Shown piece by piece: positions 1 to 11,371 of a stretch of DNA of 64,000 nt. This DNA comes from an uncultured bacterium. GTDB lineage: Bacteria; Desulfobacterota_D; UBA1144; Nemesobacterales; UBA2774. The position numbers and the translations under genes were made by a program. A model generated the notes under the pieces. The model saw only the letters and a list, made by a program, of their open reading frames with translations, searched no databases and was not told where the DNA came from. The stretch is taken from contig CAVPJU010000010.1 of assembly GCA_963705505.1 (NCBI GenBank), positions 288,001 through 352,000 of the forward strand, given 5' to 3'. Position 1 is the first letter of the stretch; each line of letters begins with the position of its first letter.

Positions 1-75
1 ACTTTTGAGGAATCAAAGTTAATTATACCTGAGTTAGAATTATTAAATAAATCAATTTCGAGTCATGGTAATTCA

Positions 76-273
76 ATGGAAGAAAGCAGTGAAACACTCG
101 ATTCCTACATCAGAAAAGTCGAAGACCAGGAGCTCAAGGGACTGCTCCTCAAACTCAAAAACGAGCTGAGAAAACCCGACGCAGCCTGGGACGCGGTCAA
201 GTCCGTCCTGGAGTCTCTTTATAGGAAAAACAGCAAGGTATTCGGCGAGGTCGCACCGCTGATTATAAAGTAA
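76..273 (+). CDS. hypothetical protein, 65 aa
   Basis: ATG-started ORF with genome-typical codons directly upstream of cysK; no motif recognised. Confidence 0.6.
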   Translation: MEESSETLDSYIRKVEDQELKGLLLKLKNELRKPDAAWDAVKSVLESLYRKNSKVFGEVAPLIIK

Positions 274-324
274 TCGAATAGAAAGGCGCGTCAGCCGAAT
301 CCGCAGAGCCGCAACCCCGATAAA

Positions 325-1257
325 ATGAGCGAGAGAGTAGTCGACAACATACTGGACCTTATAGGCGGGACGCCCGTTATAAGACTGAATAAAGTCGTTC
401 CGGAAGGCTCGGCCGCGGTCTGGGCAAAGCTCGAGAACCTGAACCCGGCGGGAAGCGTAAAGGAAAGGATCTGCCTCAGGATGATAGAGGCCGCGGAGGA
501 GAATGGGATTATAAAGCCCGGCAGCAGTGTGATCGTAGAGCCCACGAGCGGGAATACGGGTATAGGGCTCGCCCTCGTCTGTGCCGTCAAAGGGTACAGG
601 CTGATACTGACCATGCCCGACGATATGAGTCTCGAACGGAGGCAGCTGCTTACGGCATACGGGGCCGAGCTTATACTCACACCCGCCTCAGAGCAGATGA
701 ACGGAGCGTTAAGACGGGCCGAAGAGATACTGAGGGAGCACCCGGACTCGTTCATGCCGCAGCAGTTCAAAAACCGGGAGAACCCGGGCACGCACAGGGA
801 AGGCACGGGACCCGAGATTCTGGAGCAGATCGAAGGGGAGATAGACGCTTTCGTCGCAGGGGTCGGAACGGGAGGGACGATAACGGGGGTCGGCGAGACG
901 CTGAGGAAGAGCTACCCGGATATTTACATTGCCGCCGTTGAGCCCGAGGAGTCCCCAGTCCTTTCGGGGGGCAGGCCCCATGTTCACGACATACAGGGGA
1001 TCGGCGCCGGTTTTATTCCGGAAATACTCAACAGGGAGATATACGACGAGGTCATAAAAGTAGCCGGCGAAGAGGCAAAAAGCTTTACACGGGAGCTTGC
1101 GGTCAAAGAGGGACTCCTGGTCGGAATATCGGCCGGAGCAGCCGGAGTCGCTGCATTAAGAGTCGCAAAAAAGCTCGGAAAAGGTAAAAACGTGGTAACG
1201 ATATTTTGCGACACGGGGGAGAGATATCTGAGCACGGGACTTTTCGACAACGGTTAA
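325..1257 (+). CDS. cysK: cysteine synthase A
   Basis: [12 protein letters not shown]-lysine motif, [23 protein letters not shown]. Confidence 0.95.
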   Translation: MSERVVDNILDLIGGTPVIRLNKVVPEGSAAVWAKLENLNPAGSVKERICLRMIEAAEENGIIKPGSSVIVEPTSGNTGIGLALVCAVKGYRLILTMPDDMSLERRQLLTAYGAELILTPASEQMNGALRRAEEILREHPDSFMPQQFKNRENPGTHREGTGPEILEQIEGEIDAFVAGVGTGGTITGVGETLRKSYPDIYIAAVEPEESPVLSGGRPHVHDIQGIGAGFIPEILNREIYDEVIKVAGEEAKSFTRELAVKEGLLVGISAGAAGVAALRVAKKLGKGKNVVTIFCDTGERYLSTGLFDNG

Positions 1258-1305
1258 AACTCGTGGCAAACTATGTAATTATCCTTCATAATTGGGGAAT
1301 CTAAG

Positions 1306-1334
1306 TTGAAAAGCTTACGTTGGTGTGCTATCCT
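1306..1334 (+). promoter_or_regulatory. putative sigma70 promoter of ftsH
   Basis: TTGAAA-17 bp-TATCCT with extended -10 TG. Confidence 0.45.
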
Positions 1335-1379
1335 TTTCAAGGATTGTCTTTTATTAATTTCTAACAAAATGAGGTAAAA

Positions 1380-3278
1380 GTGAATAGCCAGCTATTTAAG
1401 AACTTGGTGTTGTGGTTAGTCATATTCGTGGCCATTATCGCCCTGTACCAGCTAGTACACACTCCCAGAAGCAACATCCAGGAAATAGCGTACAGCGACT
1501 TCCTGTCCAACGTCGATAAAGCGGAAGTCAAGGACCTGGAGTTCAAGGGCGAGGAGATCAAGGGTCAATACACTAAGCCCACAGGTGACCAGACCGTCGA
1601 GGGTTTCAAGACCGTGGGTCCGGCAAGCGACGATCTTATAAAAAAGCTCGAATCCAAAGGCATCTCGTTTAAGTTCGACTCCGATAAGGAAGGCTCGATC
1701 ACACACATGCTCCTTAACTGGGCGCCCCTAGTGCTGCTCATCGTAATTATGGTCATTTTCATGAGGCAGCTTCAGGCGGGCGGCACGAAAGCGATGTCGT
1801 TCGGAAAAAACAGGGCAAGGATGCTCACAGAGAACCAGAACAAGATAACGTTTAAGGACGTGGCCGGGATAGACGAAGCGAAAGAAGAGGTACAGGAGAT
1901 AGTCGAGTTCTTAAAGAGCCCCAAGAAGTTCACGAAGCTGGGGGGAAGGATCCCGAAAGGCATCCTGCTCGTCGGCCCTCCCGGAACGGGAAAGACCCTC
2001 CTTGCGAAAGCCATAGCCGGCGAGGCCGGAGTTCCGTTTTTTATTATCAGCGGCAGCGACTTCGTCGAAATGTTCGTCGGAGTCGGAGCTTCCAGGGTAA
2101 GGGACCTGTTCGTTCAGTCGAAGCGTCATGCCCCCTGTATCATTTTCGTTGACGAGCTCGATGCCGTCGGAAGGCACCGCGGCGCGGGACTCGGCGGAGG
2201 TCATGACGAAAGGGAGCAGACACTCAACCAGCTGCTCGTAGAGATGGACGGCTTCGAATCGAACGAAGGGATCATAGTTATGGCCGCGACCAACCGTCCC
2301 GACGTGCTCGACCCTGCTCTCCTGAGACCGGGAAGGTTCGACAGACAGGTCGTGGTGCCAAGGCCCGACGTTAGAGGTAGAGAGGAAATATTGAAGGTTC
2401 ACTCCAAGAACACACCGCTAGATGAAGACGTCGCGCTCTCCGTCATCGCCCGCTCTACTCCGGGCTTTTCGGGTGCGGACCTCGAAAACCTGGTGAATGA
2501 AGCGGCTCTCCACGCAGCCAGGTTCGGCAGGGCAAAAATCACCATGGACGACTTCGAGTACGCAAAAGACAAGGTGATTATGGGAGTCGAGAGGAAAAGC
2601 CTTATCATCAGCGACGCCGAGAAGAAAATCACGGCGTATCACGAGGCGGGACACGCGCTCGTTGCCAAGCTCACCCCGAGCACGGACCCCATACACAAAG
2701 TTACGATCATTCCGAGGGGGATGGCTCTAGGCGTCACTCAGCAGCTTCCGATCGAGGACAAGTACACGCTCTCGAGGACCAGCCTAAACGCCACGATCAT
2801 GGTGCTCCTCGGAGGCAGGGCGGCTGAGGAAATCGTATTCGGGGAAAGGACGAGCGGCGCCGGCAACGACCTCGAAAGGGTCACCGAGATCGCCCGCAAG
2901 ATGGTATGCGAGTGGGGGATGAGCGAGAAGGTCGGACCGATTACTTTCGGGAAAGGCGAAGAGCAGATATTTCTCGGCAAGGAGCTCTCGAGACCGAAGG
3001 ACTACAGCGAAGAGACCGCCGTCGAGATCGATAACGAGATCAGAAACATAGTCAACCATAATTATACGAAAGCAAAAGCGGCCCTGGAGGAGAATATCGA
3101 CCTGCTCCACAAACTCGCCGAAGTTCTTCTGGATAAAGAGGTAATAGACGGCAAGGAGCTGGACGAGCTTGTAAAAGGTTTTAAATCGAAAGATTTTCCG
3201 TCCCCGTGGGAAAGACCTATCGGATCCGAAGGTTCAGGCTCAGTAGCACTCAGAAACAGCAGCACTAAAGACGCTTGA
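1380..3278 (+). CDS. ftsH: ATP-dependent zinc metalloprotease FtsH
   Basis: two TM segments, [29 protein letters not shown] start. Confidence 0.97.
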   Translation: MNSQLFKNLVLWLVIFVAIIALYQLVHTPRSNIQEIAYSDFLSNVDKAEVKDLEFKGEEIKGQYTKPTGDQTVEGFKTVGPASDDLIKKLESKGISFKFDSDKEGSITHMLLNWAPLVLLIVIMVIFMRQLQAGGTKAMSFGKNRARMLTENQNKITFKDVAGIDEAKEEVQEIVEFLKSPKKFTKLGGRIPKGILLVGPPGTGKTLLAKAIAGEAGVPFFIISGSDFVEMFVGVGASRVRDLFVQSKRHAPCIIFVDELDAVGRHRGAGLGGGHDEREQTLNQLLVEMDGFESNEGIIVMAATNRPDVLDPALLRPGRFDRQVVVPRPDVRGREEILKVHSKNTPLDEDVALSVIARSTPGFSGADLENLVNEAALHAARFGRAKITMDDFEYAKDKVIMGVERKSLIISDAEKKITAYHEAGHALVAKLTPSTDPIHKVTIIPRGMALGVTQQLPIEDKYTLSRTSLNATIMVLLGGRAAEEIVFGERTSGAGNDLERVTEIARKMVCEWGMSEKVGPITFGKGEEQIFLGKELSRPKDYSEETAVEIDNEIRNIVNHNYTKAKAALEENIDLLHKLAEVLLDKEVIDGKELDELVKGFKSKDFPSPWERPIGSEGSGSVALRNSSTKDA

Positions 3279-3407
3279 TTTTACAAAGCCGGCTTCCGTC
3301 TGTTTTTGCAATTGATAAAGTATAATTAGAAAAAAACCTTTCCGCGTCAAGAGCTTTTAAAAGAAGGCCTCTTGCTATGATGAATAGAAACCGGAAAAAG
3401 GATTTCT

Positions 3408-4325
3408 ATGCGGCAGAAAGAAATGGACACTCGCACCGGCTCTATCGAAATCCCCCACGGGAACGGACAGTTACCGAAACACCCCGTCATATTATTTAAA
3501 TGCAGAGATAAAACGCTCAGCCTCCACGAGAGGACCCACATCATGGGCATCCTGAACGTCACCCCCGACTCCTTCTACGACGGAGGAAGGTACGGCGATA
3601 CGGACTCCGCCCTGAGGCGCGCAGGCGAAATGATAGAGGAAGGCGCCGACATCATAGACGTCGGCGGGGAATCGACAAGGCCGGGCGCGTCGGGTGTTTC
3701 CGAGGAAGAGGAATTAAGGAGAGTTATACCGGTCATAAGGGAGATTCAAAAGAGGTTCGATACGGTCATCTCGATAGACACGACGAAGGAGAAAGTCGCA
3801 CGCGAGGCTCTCCTCGAAGGCGCGTCCATCGTTAACGACATAAGCGGGCTCACGTACTCCCGCGGAATCGCGGAGGCGGCTTCGGAGCACGGAGCGGGAC
3901 TCGTCCTGATGCACACCCCGTCCCGCCCTGTCGACATGCAGGATAAAACAGAATACGTGTCGCTAATCGACGACATATTGAGCTCCCTGAGAATGTCTGT
4001 CAAGAAAGCTGAAAAAGCCCTGGTGAATGAACGGAGCATAATCGTCGACCCGGGATTCGGGTTCGGCAAGACGGCGGAGCAGAACCTCATCATTCTAAAA
4101 AACCTCAGGATGTTCCGGGAGCTCGGAAAGCCGGTGATGATCGGCACGTCCAATAAATCGTTTATAGGAAAGATAACCGGCGCTGATCCCGCCGGTAGAA
4201 ACGAAGGCACGGCCGCGACCGTCGCTATAGGAATCATGAACGGGGCGTCCATAGTGAGGGTGCACGACGTCGCATCCATGAAGCGCGCAGTCAGGATTGC
4301 GGACGCCGTCGCGGGTATAAATTAG
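3408..4325 (+). CDS. folP: dihydropteroate synthase
   Basis: MGILNVTPDSFYDGG, GGESTRPG, DPGFGFGK, IVRVHDV; start uncertain. Confidence 0.95.
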   Translation: MRQKEMDTRTGSIEIPHGNGQLPKHPVILFKCRDKTLSLHERTHIMGILNVTPDSFYDGGRYGDTDSALRRAGEMIEEGADIIDVGGESTRPGASGVSEEEELRRVIPVIREIQKRFDTVISIDTTKEKVAREALLEGASIVNDISGLTYSRGIAEAASEHGAGLVLMHTPSRPVDMQDKTEYVSLIDDILSSLRMSVKKAEKALVNERSIIVDPGFGFGKTAEQNLIILKNLRMFRELGKPVMIGTSNKSFIGKITGADPAGRNEGTAATVAIGIMNGASIVRVHDVASMKRAVRIADAVAGIN

Positions 4326-4367
4326 AGCCGGACCCCGATCTTAGAGGACCCGGCAGGAAAATCTGGT

Positions 4368-5198
4368 ATGTTCGACGCGATACTTAACTACAGATACATA
4401 TGGGACACGGTAGACATAGTGCTCGTCGCCTTCATCATCTACTACGTCCTCAGGCTGCTCGAAGGGACGCGGGCGCTGCAAGTGCTATTGGGATTCGTAC
4501 TGCTGATCGTGCTCTATTACGTCTCGCAGAGGGGTTTATTCACGCTCAACTGGATCCTGGGGCAGTTCCTCGGCTCTATAATCATCATTGTCGTCATTCT
4601 TTTCCAGAACGATATCAGGAGGGGACTCGCGGCCATAGGCAGAAGACCGTTCCTCCTCAAAATGTCCCCCGGAAAATCGAGAGAGATCTTTTCAGAAGAG
4701 ATAGTAAAGGCAGCGAGCTATATGGCGAACCGTCATATAGGGGCGCTCATCGCGATAGAAAGGAACAACAGCCTCTCCGACTTTATCGAGATAGGGATGA
4801 GGATCGACGCCCTGGTATCGAGGGAGCTTATAATAAGCATATTCAACCCCACCTCCCCTCTCCACGACGGGGGGATAATCATTGTCGGGAACAGGATATT
4901 ATCGGCGGGGTCGTTTTTCCCGCTCGCAACCGACCCTGACCTCGAGCGCGAGCTCGGAACGAGGCACAGAGCGGCAATAGGGCTGTCACTCGAGACGGAC
5001 GCCGTGGTCATAGTGGTTTCGGAGGAGACGGGAAATATCTCGCTTGCGGTCGGGGGGGAAATAAAAAGGGGGCTCGACGCCACGTCGCTCCACAACCAGC
5101 TTCTCGATTCGCTCGGGATAAAAAGACCGAAGAAGACGAAAACCGAACCCATGGGCGGCATGATGGAAAAGGAGGAAGGTGAAAAAGCGAACACCTGA
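4368..5198 (+). CDS. cdaA: diadenylate cyclase CdaA/DacA
   Basis: three TM helices, PLHDGG and GTRHRAA DAC motifs. Confidence 0.93.
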   Translation: MFDAILNYRYIWDTVDIVLVAFIIYYVLRLLEGTRALQVLLGFVLLIVLYYVSQRGLFTLNWILGQFLGSIIIIVVILFQNDIRRGLAAIGRRPFLLKMSPGKSREIFSEEIVKAASYMANRHIGALIAIERNNSLSDFIEIGMRIDALVSRELIISIFNPTSPLHDGGIIIVGNRILSAGSFFPLATDPDLERELGTRHRAAIGLSLETDAVVIVVSEETGNISLAVGGEIKRGLDATSLHNQLLDSLGIKRPKKTKTEPMGGMMEKEEGEKANT

Positions 5199-5207
5199 TA
5201 CGGCTCT

Positions 5208-6188
5208 ATGACAGACTGGTTAAAAAGACCCATCGATCCGGGCATGTATAAGGAGAGAGAAAAAGAGCCCTTCATAAAAGACTTAGGGAAGAAGGTGCTT
5301 GCGGTCGTTATCGCGATCTCGCTCTGGTTCGTGGCGAACCTGCAGCACGATGTGGAAAAGAGCATTGCGATAGACGTAAACTACGCGAACCTAAAGCAAG
5401 GGCTGATCGTTGTCAACAACCCGCCCGAGAAGCTCAACATCAGGGTCAGAGGGCCGCGCAGCCAGCTTTCGTCCATTTCACCGAAGGATATGGTCTTTAC
5501 GATCGACCTCTCGAACCTGACGACCGGGGCGTCCATGTTCGACATCAGGACGGACCAGATAATACCTCCCCGCGACGTACAGGTGATCGCCGTCAGCCCT
5601 TCCGAGATAAATGTGGACATAGACAGGGTCGCGGAGAAGGAAGTCGCTGTCGAGCCGGTTATCGGGCAGCCCGACGAGGGCTTCGAAATCGCGGGCAGTC
5701 CCGTAGTATCGCCGGAGGCGGTCAGGATCAGAGGACCCGAAAAACTGCTGAAGAGGATCAAGAGCGTGGGAACCGACCCGGTCTCGCTCGAGGGAGAAAA
5801 ATCGAAGTTCTCGATAGAAGTCCCCCTCCGCCCGCCTTACACCCTCGTGGAGATTACAGGCAGCAGCACCGTAAAGGTCACGGTCGATATAAAAGAAAAG
5901 ATACTGGAAAAAGAATTCAATAACCTGGACATAAACTTCGTCAACTTCGATAACCTGAAATATGAAGCGGACGGGAGCGTCGTAACCGAATTAACTTTCG
6001 AGGGGCCTTTCAGTATTATTAACAATCTCAACAGTAAGGATATAGAATTATACGTGGACGGAAGCGAAATAAAGAGCCCGGGCAATAATAAGACCCACAA
6101 TCTGAAAGTCAGCGTAAACTATCCGCATAAGGATATACTCAAGCTGACAAAGCAGTCGCCGAAGACGATTGCCGTGAAATTAAATTAG
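5208..6188 (+). CDS. cdaR: YbbR/CdaR family regulator of the diadenylate cyclase
   Basis: N-terminal TM ending SLW, repeated V-x-V/I-x-GP YbbR-like units, position between cdaA and glmM; start uncertain. Confidence 0.85.
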   Translation: MTDWLKRPIDPGMYKEREKEPFIKDLGKKVLAVVIAISLWFVANLQHDVEKSIAIDVNYANLKQGLIVVNNPPEKLNIRVRGPRSQLSSISPKDMVFTIDLSNLTTGASMFDIRTDQIIPPRDVQVIAVSPSEINVDIDRVAEKEVAVEPVIGQPDEGFEIAGSPVVSPEAVRIRGPEKLLKRIKSVGTDPVSLEGEKSKFSIEVPLRPPYTLVEITGSSTVKVTVDIKEKILEKEFNNLDINFVNFDNLKYEADGSVVTELTFEGPFSIINNLNSKDIELYVDGSEIKSPGNNKTHNLKVSVNYPHKDILKLTKQSPKTIAVKLN

Positions 6189-6202
6189 GACGGAGGAATT
6201 TA

Positions 6203-7579
6203 TTGGGGCGTATAAGAAAAAGCCTATTCGGAACGGACGGGATCAGGGGGGTCGCAAACCAGCACCCGATGACCCCCGAGATGAGCCTCAAGCTCGGAAA
6301 AGCGCTCACATATGTACTCAAGCGGGGGAAATCCTCGCACATTCCCAAAATAGTTATCGGCAAGGACACGAGGCTCTCGGGGTATATGTTCGAGCAGGCG
6401 CTCTCCTCCGGTATCGCCTCGATGGGAGCCGACGTGCTACTCGTAGGCCCGCTGCCCACGCCGGCGATCGCCTTCATCACTCAGAGCATGCGGGCGGACG
6501 CGGGCATCGTCATATCCGCCTCTCACAACCCTTATGAGGACAACGGAATAAAAATTTTCGACAGACACGGGTTCAAGCTCCCCGACGAAGAGGAGCTCAA
6601 GCTCGAGGACCTGATGCATAACGGCGGAGAAGAACGCCTGATAGCCTCACCCGGAGAGATAGGAAAGGCGCACAGGATCGAGGACGCTCCGGGAAGATAC
6701 GTGGTCTTCGCTAAAAATTCATTTCCGTGTGATATGACGCTCGAAGGAATAAAGATAGTGCTCGACTGCGCGAACGGGGCCGCGTACAAGGTCTCCCCGA
6801 CCATACTCGAGGAGCTGGGAGCGGACCTTATAACCATAGGGGTCCATCCCGACGGCAGGAACATAAACACCGAATGCGGCTCGCTCAAGCCTGAGCTGCT
6901 CAGGGAAAAGGTGCTGGAAACGGGCGCCGATCTCGGGATCGCGCTCGACGGGGACGCCGACAGGGTGATATTCTGCGACGAAAAGGGCGAGATCGTGGAC
7001 GGAGATAAAATAATCGCGATCTGCGCCAATGAAATGATAGATAACGGCAAGCTCAAAGGGCGGGCGGTCGTCACGACTCTGATGAGCAACATGGCGCTCG
7101 AAAACTTCATACTGGGGAAGGGCATGGAATTCATACGCACCGAGGTAGGGGACAGGTACGTCGTGGAAGCCATGAGGTCAAGGAACTGCAACCTCGGAGG
7201 CGAGCAGTCGGGGCATATAATATTCCTCGATCACACGACGACCGGGGACGGGACACTGGCTTCGCTCCAGGTGCTCGCGATAATGAAAAGAGAGGGGAGA
7301 AAACTCTCAGAGCTGTCCAGGATCATCGACCTCTATCCCCAGCTCCTTCTCAACGTAAAAATACGGCAGAAGAAGGACCTCGATAAGATAAAAGGACTGC
7401 CAGAGCTATTGAGCAGGAACGAGGTCCGGTTGAGCGGAAAAGGACGGATAAATATCAGATACTCCGGTACGGAGCCCATATCGAGAGTAATGGTGGAGGG
7501 CGAGGACGTTTCACTCATAAGGGAGATCGCGGACGAGCTTGCGGACGCCATACAAAGGGACATAGGGGCAGTCGCCTGA
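6203..7579 (+). CDS. glmM: phosphoglucosamine mutase
   Basis: [35 protein letters not shown]. Confidence 0.96.
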   Translation: MGRIRKSLFGTDGIRGVANQHPMTPEMSLKLGKALTYVLKRGKSSHIPKIVIGKDTRLSGYMFEQALSSGIASMGADVLLVGPLPTPAIAFITQSMRADAGIVISASHNPYEDNGIKIFDRHGFKLPDEEELKLEDLMHNGGEERLIASPGEIGKAHRIEDAPGRYVVFAKNSFPCDMTLEGIKIVLDCANGAAYKVSPTILEELGADLITIGVHPDGRNINTECGSLKPELLREKVLETGADLGIALDGDADRVIFCDEKGEIVDGDKIIAICANEMIDNGKLKGRAVVTTLMSNMALENFILGKGMEFIRTEVGDRYVVEAMRSRNCNLGGEQSGHIIFLDHTTTGDGTLASLQVLAIMKREGRKLSELSRIIDLYPQLLLNVKIRQKKDLDKIKGLPELLSRNEVRLSGKGRINIRYSGTEPISRVMVEGEDVSLIREIADELADAIQRDIGAVA

Positions 7580-8292
7580 TGCCGAGATTAAACGTGAACG
7601 TGGATCACGTGGCCACGGTGAGACAGGCAAGGGGCGGGAATGTGCCCGACCCGGTTCTCGCAGCCTATCTGGCGGAGCTTGCGGGAGCGCACGGGATAGT
7701 CGTCCACCTCAGGGAAGACAGGAGGCATATACAGGACAGGGACCTGAGAATCCTGAGGCAGACCGTCAGGACGAAGCTGAATATGGAGATGGCGTCGACC
7801 GAAGAAATGGTCGCGATAGCGTCTCAGGTGAAGCCGGACATGGTCACTCTCGTGCCCGAAAAGAGGAAGGAGCTGACGACCGAGGGAGGACTCGACGTGG
7901 CAGGCAATTTTAAAAACATTTCCGGAGCCGTTAAGGAGCTTAAAAAAGCGGGTATCTTCGTAAGCCTTTTCATCGACCCCGACTCGGAGCAGATAAAGGC
8001 GTCGGGCGAGACCGGAGCACAGATGGTCGAAATCCATACGGGCTCTTACGCGGAAGCGGCGAGCGACGCGGCAAGGGAAGCGGAATTAAAAAAGATTACA
8101 AAGGCCGTCAAAAAGGCGTCCGAGCTCGGAATGAGGGTCGCAGCAGGACACGGGCTCGATTACGTAAACGTAGGGCCAATTGCCGGAATAAAAGAGATAG
8201 AAGAGCTCAACATAGGCCACAGTATAGTATCGAGGGCGATAATGGTCGGGTTTGAGCGAGCTGTAAGCGAAATGGTGAGGCTGATAAGTTAA
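7579..8292 (+). CDS. pdxJ: pyridoxine 5'-phosphate synthase
   Basis: [35 protein letters not shown]. Confidence 0.96.
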   Translation: MPRLNVNVDHVATVRQARGGNVPDPVLAAYLAELAGAHGIVVHLREDRRHIQDRDLRILRQTVRTKLNMEMASTEEMVAIASQVKPDMVTLVPEKRKELTTEGGLDVAGNFKNISGAVKELKKAGIFVSLFIDPDSEQIKASGETGAQMVEIHTGSYAEAASDAAREAELKKITKAVKKASELGMRVAAGHGLDYVNVGPIAGIKEIEELNIGHSIVSRAIMVGFERAVSEMVRLIS

Positions 8293-8359
8293 ACACCGGC
8301 TAGCATTCCGCTGCCCGGCTTCGATTACAATCCCTTCTCACGCATTCAGGAAATTAAAC

Positions 8360-8824
8360 CTACTTAGCTTCCCTGCAGGAGGAGCAGAGGCCGTATATCT
8401 CGAGCTTGTGGTTCTCTAATTTGAACTCGTTCAGCTTTGCGATCTGGTTCAGGCAAGATTCGACCTGGTTATTGGCGAACTCGTAAATTTTTCCGCACTC
8501 TGTGCATATCATGTGATGATGGTGCTCGCGCTCGGAGCGGATAGGCTCGTAGCGGGCTTTGCCGTCGCCGAAGTTCCTTTCCGAGGCGATACCGCTCTCC
8601 CTGAAAAGCTTGAGAGTCCTGTATACCGTCGCAAACCCGATATATGGGTGCTTCCGTTTTATATCCTCGTACAGCTCTTCGACAGTCACGTGTCTGCCCA
8701 TATAGTTGCCGAAGAACTCTTCGAATATTATGTCTCTCTGCTTCGTCGACTTAAGCCGTTTTCTGGCTATGAATTCGTTGAAAGTCTTTCTTCTGTCCAT
8801 CTTCATCTGTGCTACAGGAGTCAT
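8360..8824 (-). CDS. fur: Fur family transcriptional regulator
   Basis: ATVYRTLKLF, HHHHMICTECG, C-terminal CSSC; start set at ATG 8824 after GGGAG RBS. Confidence 0.9.
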   Translation of the reverse strand: MTPVAQMKMDRRKTFNEFIARKRLKSTKQRDIIFEEFFGNYMGRHVTVEELYEDIKRKHPYIGFATVYRTLKLFRESGIASERNFGDGKARYEPIRSEREHHHHMICTECGKIYEFANNQVESCLNQIAKLNEFKLENHKLEIYGLCSSCREAK

Positions 8825-8842
8825 ATCAAAGCTCCCTGCGAA

Positions 8843-8888
8843 ATTGATATTTATTATCAATAATAAATTAAAGTGAAAGGAATATCAA
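8843..8888 (-). promoter_or_regulatory. fur promoter with adjoining Fur box
   Basis: minus strand TTGATA-17 bp-TATTAT; TGATATT-T-ATTATCA (8845-8859) is 1 mismatch from the 7-1-7 Fur box. Confidence 0.7.
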
Positions 8889-8998
8889 GAGGTGAATATT
8901 ATTAACTGGAAATTATTACCATTCAATAGCCCTCAGACCCATTCCCAACCAGTCCCTAATTTCATGATATAATTTTCGGCTCCGGCCGGAAATTAATT

Positions 8999-10260
8999 AT
9001 GGATAACGCTTACCTGTACCTCGATTCCCTGGGGCTTCATAAAATAAAACCGGGGCTCCGCCGCATAAAAAAGCTCCTCGAATCATTGGGAAATCCTCAA
9101 GATAAGGTGCCGGGCATTATCGTCGGAGGGACAAACGGCAAGGGGTCTGTAGTATCGGCAATCTCGTCAGTCCTCACGGCGGAGGGATATAAGACCGGCA
9201 CTTACACCTCCCCTCACCTGATTAACGTTACCGAAAGGATAAAGATAAACGGGATAGAAATAGAGAGCGATGGGCTTGCTCAAATAATCCTCCGCGTAAA
9301 GAAGGCGGGAGAGAAATCACTCGCCGGAGAGCCCGAGCTACTTTGAGGTATTGACGGCCTCGGCGTTCGTCTATTTTGCCGAATCCGGGGCGGATTACAG
9401 CGTGCTCGAGGTGGGTATGGGAGGCAGGTGGGACGCTACGAACGTGATAACCCCTCTCGTCTCCGTCATAACGAATATATCGAAAGACCATACGGATTAT
9501 CTCGGAAGGACTATAGCGGAAATAGCTCTCGAAAAAGCGTGCATTATAAAACCGCGGGTCACTGCCGTGACCGGCGCAAAGGGAAAGGCGCTCGGAGTGA
9601 TCGCTGAGTACGCGGCGAAGAAAAGATCGCCCTTAAAAGTTTATGGCAAGGACTTCCTATCCCGTGGAGACAATACGGATTCTTTTGACTACATCGGAAG
9701 CGTGTGGGAATTCCAAAGACTGCGCTCGAACCTCGCGGGCGCTTACCAGATCGAGAACCTGTCGGCCGCTATCTCGGCTCTCGAGACGATGTCTCACGAC
9801 CACGGCATAAGGATCGGAGAGAAAAATCTGCGAAAAGGACTCGCGAATATAGACTGGGGAGGGAGGCTCGAAATCCTGAGAAAAAACCCGCCGCTCTACC
9901 TCGACAGCGCTCACAACCCCGGAGGCGCAAAAGCGCTCGTCGAGTCGTTAGCCGGCCTGCACCCCTCTCTCAAATTCACATTCCTCATAGGGATGCTGAA
10001 AGATAAGGACCATGCTTCTTTCTTAAGAGAGATCTCGACACTCGCGGAGAAGCTCGTGATCACGGAAATACCGTCGGAGAGGACTATGAGCGCAGAAGCC
10101 CTTTCAGAGAAAGCCTCAAAAATATTTTCAGGGAGAGATCAGGACGGAGAGCGATTACAAAAAGGCTTTTTCCGAATTGAAGAAACTCAAAGAGCCCGCA
10201 TGCATCGCAGGCTCGCTTTATCTTACGGGAGCTATAAAGGCGCTCCTCGATTCTCGATAA
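8999..10260 (+). CDS. folC: folylpolyglutamate synthase/dihydrofolate synthase, two +1 frameshifts (~9333, ~10132)
   Basis: GTNGKGS, YTSPHL, EVGMGGRWDATN, DSAHNP; removing two bases restores EPSYFEVLT and GSLYL and gives 419 aa. Confidence 0.9.
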
Positions 10261-10336
10261 ACGATACATTTCTTTTGTCTAAACGCTGATACTGTGCTAG
10301 CCTTTTATCCCACATTTAAAAAGGGACAGATTGAAC

Positions 10337-11371
10337 ATGCGGAAAGTCGGAATAGTTCTGGATAAGCTCTACGTCGATCACGACAACGGGTTCGGCCACC
10401 CCGAATCGCAGGAGAGGCTGCTTGCGATAATAGACATGCTCAAACATACGAAGCTCCTCGATGAAGTATCGAAGATAGAGCCGAGGGACGCGACCAAAGA
10501 AGAGATAACCCTCGTCCACACGCCTGATTATTACGATAAGATAGCCTGGACAAAGGGTAAGCCTAAGGTATTCCTCGACGCCGACACATCCACAAGCCCA
10601 GTTTCGTTCGACGCCGCTGTCAGGGCATCGGGCGGTATGCTGTCCGCAATAGACAGCGTGCTCGACGGTGAAGTGGAGAGGGCTTTTCCGCTGGTGAGAC
10701 CTCCGGGCCACCATGCCGAAGCAGACAGGGCAATGGGCTTTTGCCTCTTTAACAACGTCGCGGTGGGCGGGGCATACCTGACTGAGATAAAGGGATTTAA
10801 CCGCGTGCTCATCGTGGACTGGGACCTCCACCACGGAAACGGGACACAGCACATGTTCTACGAGAGTCCCAAGGTGCTATATTTTTCGACACACCAGTAC
10901 CCCTATTACCCGGGAACCGGAGCTACGTCCGAATCGGGGCACGGAGAGGGGGAAGGATATACGGTGAACGTGCCTCTGCCGCCGGGGATGGGAGACAACG
11001 AATATATCAAAATTTTTAACGACATACTCGGCCCCGTAACCGAGCAGTATAAACCCGAATTCATACTCGTTTCAGCGGGCTTCGATACGTTTTACGACGA
11101 CCCCCTCGGGGGAATGAAGGTCACCCCGGAGGGATTCGCGAAGATGACGAGGTTCCTGACGGACGCCGCCGAAAAGCATTGCGGCGGGAAAATTGTCTTT
11201 ATACTCGAAGGGGGCTATAACCTGGACGGTCTCTGGATATCGACGAAGGAAGTCATCGAGGAGCTTCTCGACAAGAAACGCTCGGACTATGCTTCCCCGG
11301 AAGGACCCACGGAGGCCGACCTCATACTGGACAGGGTTAAAAAGGATTACTCCTCTTACTGGGACTTCTAA
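10337..11371 (+). CDS. histone deacetylase family (AcuC/AphA-like) deacetylase
   Basis: HPE, RPPGHHA, GFCLFNN, DWDLHHGNGTQ, SAGFD, LEGGY. Confidence 0.93.
   Translation: MRKVGIVLDKLYVDHDNGFGHPESQERLLAIIDMLKHTKLLDEVSKIEPRDATKEEITLVHTPDYYDKIAWTKGKPKVFLDADTSTSPVSFDAAVRASGGMLSAIDSVLDGEVERAFPLVRPPGHHAEADRAMGFCLFNNVAVGGAYLTEIKGFNRVLIVDWDLHHGNGTQHMFYESPKVLYFSTHQYPYYPGTGATSESGHGEGEGYTVNVPLPPGMGDNEYIKIFNDILGPVTEQYKPEFILVSAGFDTFYDDPLGGMKVTPEGFAKMTRFLTDAAEKHCGGKIVFILEGGYNLDGLWISTKEVIEELLDKKRSDYASPEGPTEADLILDRVKKDYSSYWDF

Noticed and set aside
5161..5290. possible further frameshift at the cdaA/cdaR junction
   Set aside because: both termini look atypical, but no single correction is clearly supported without homologs
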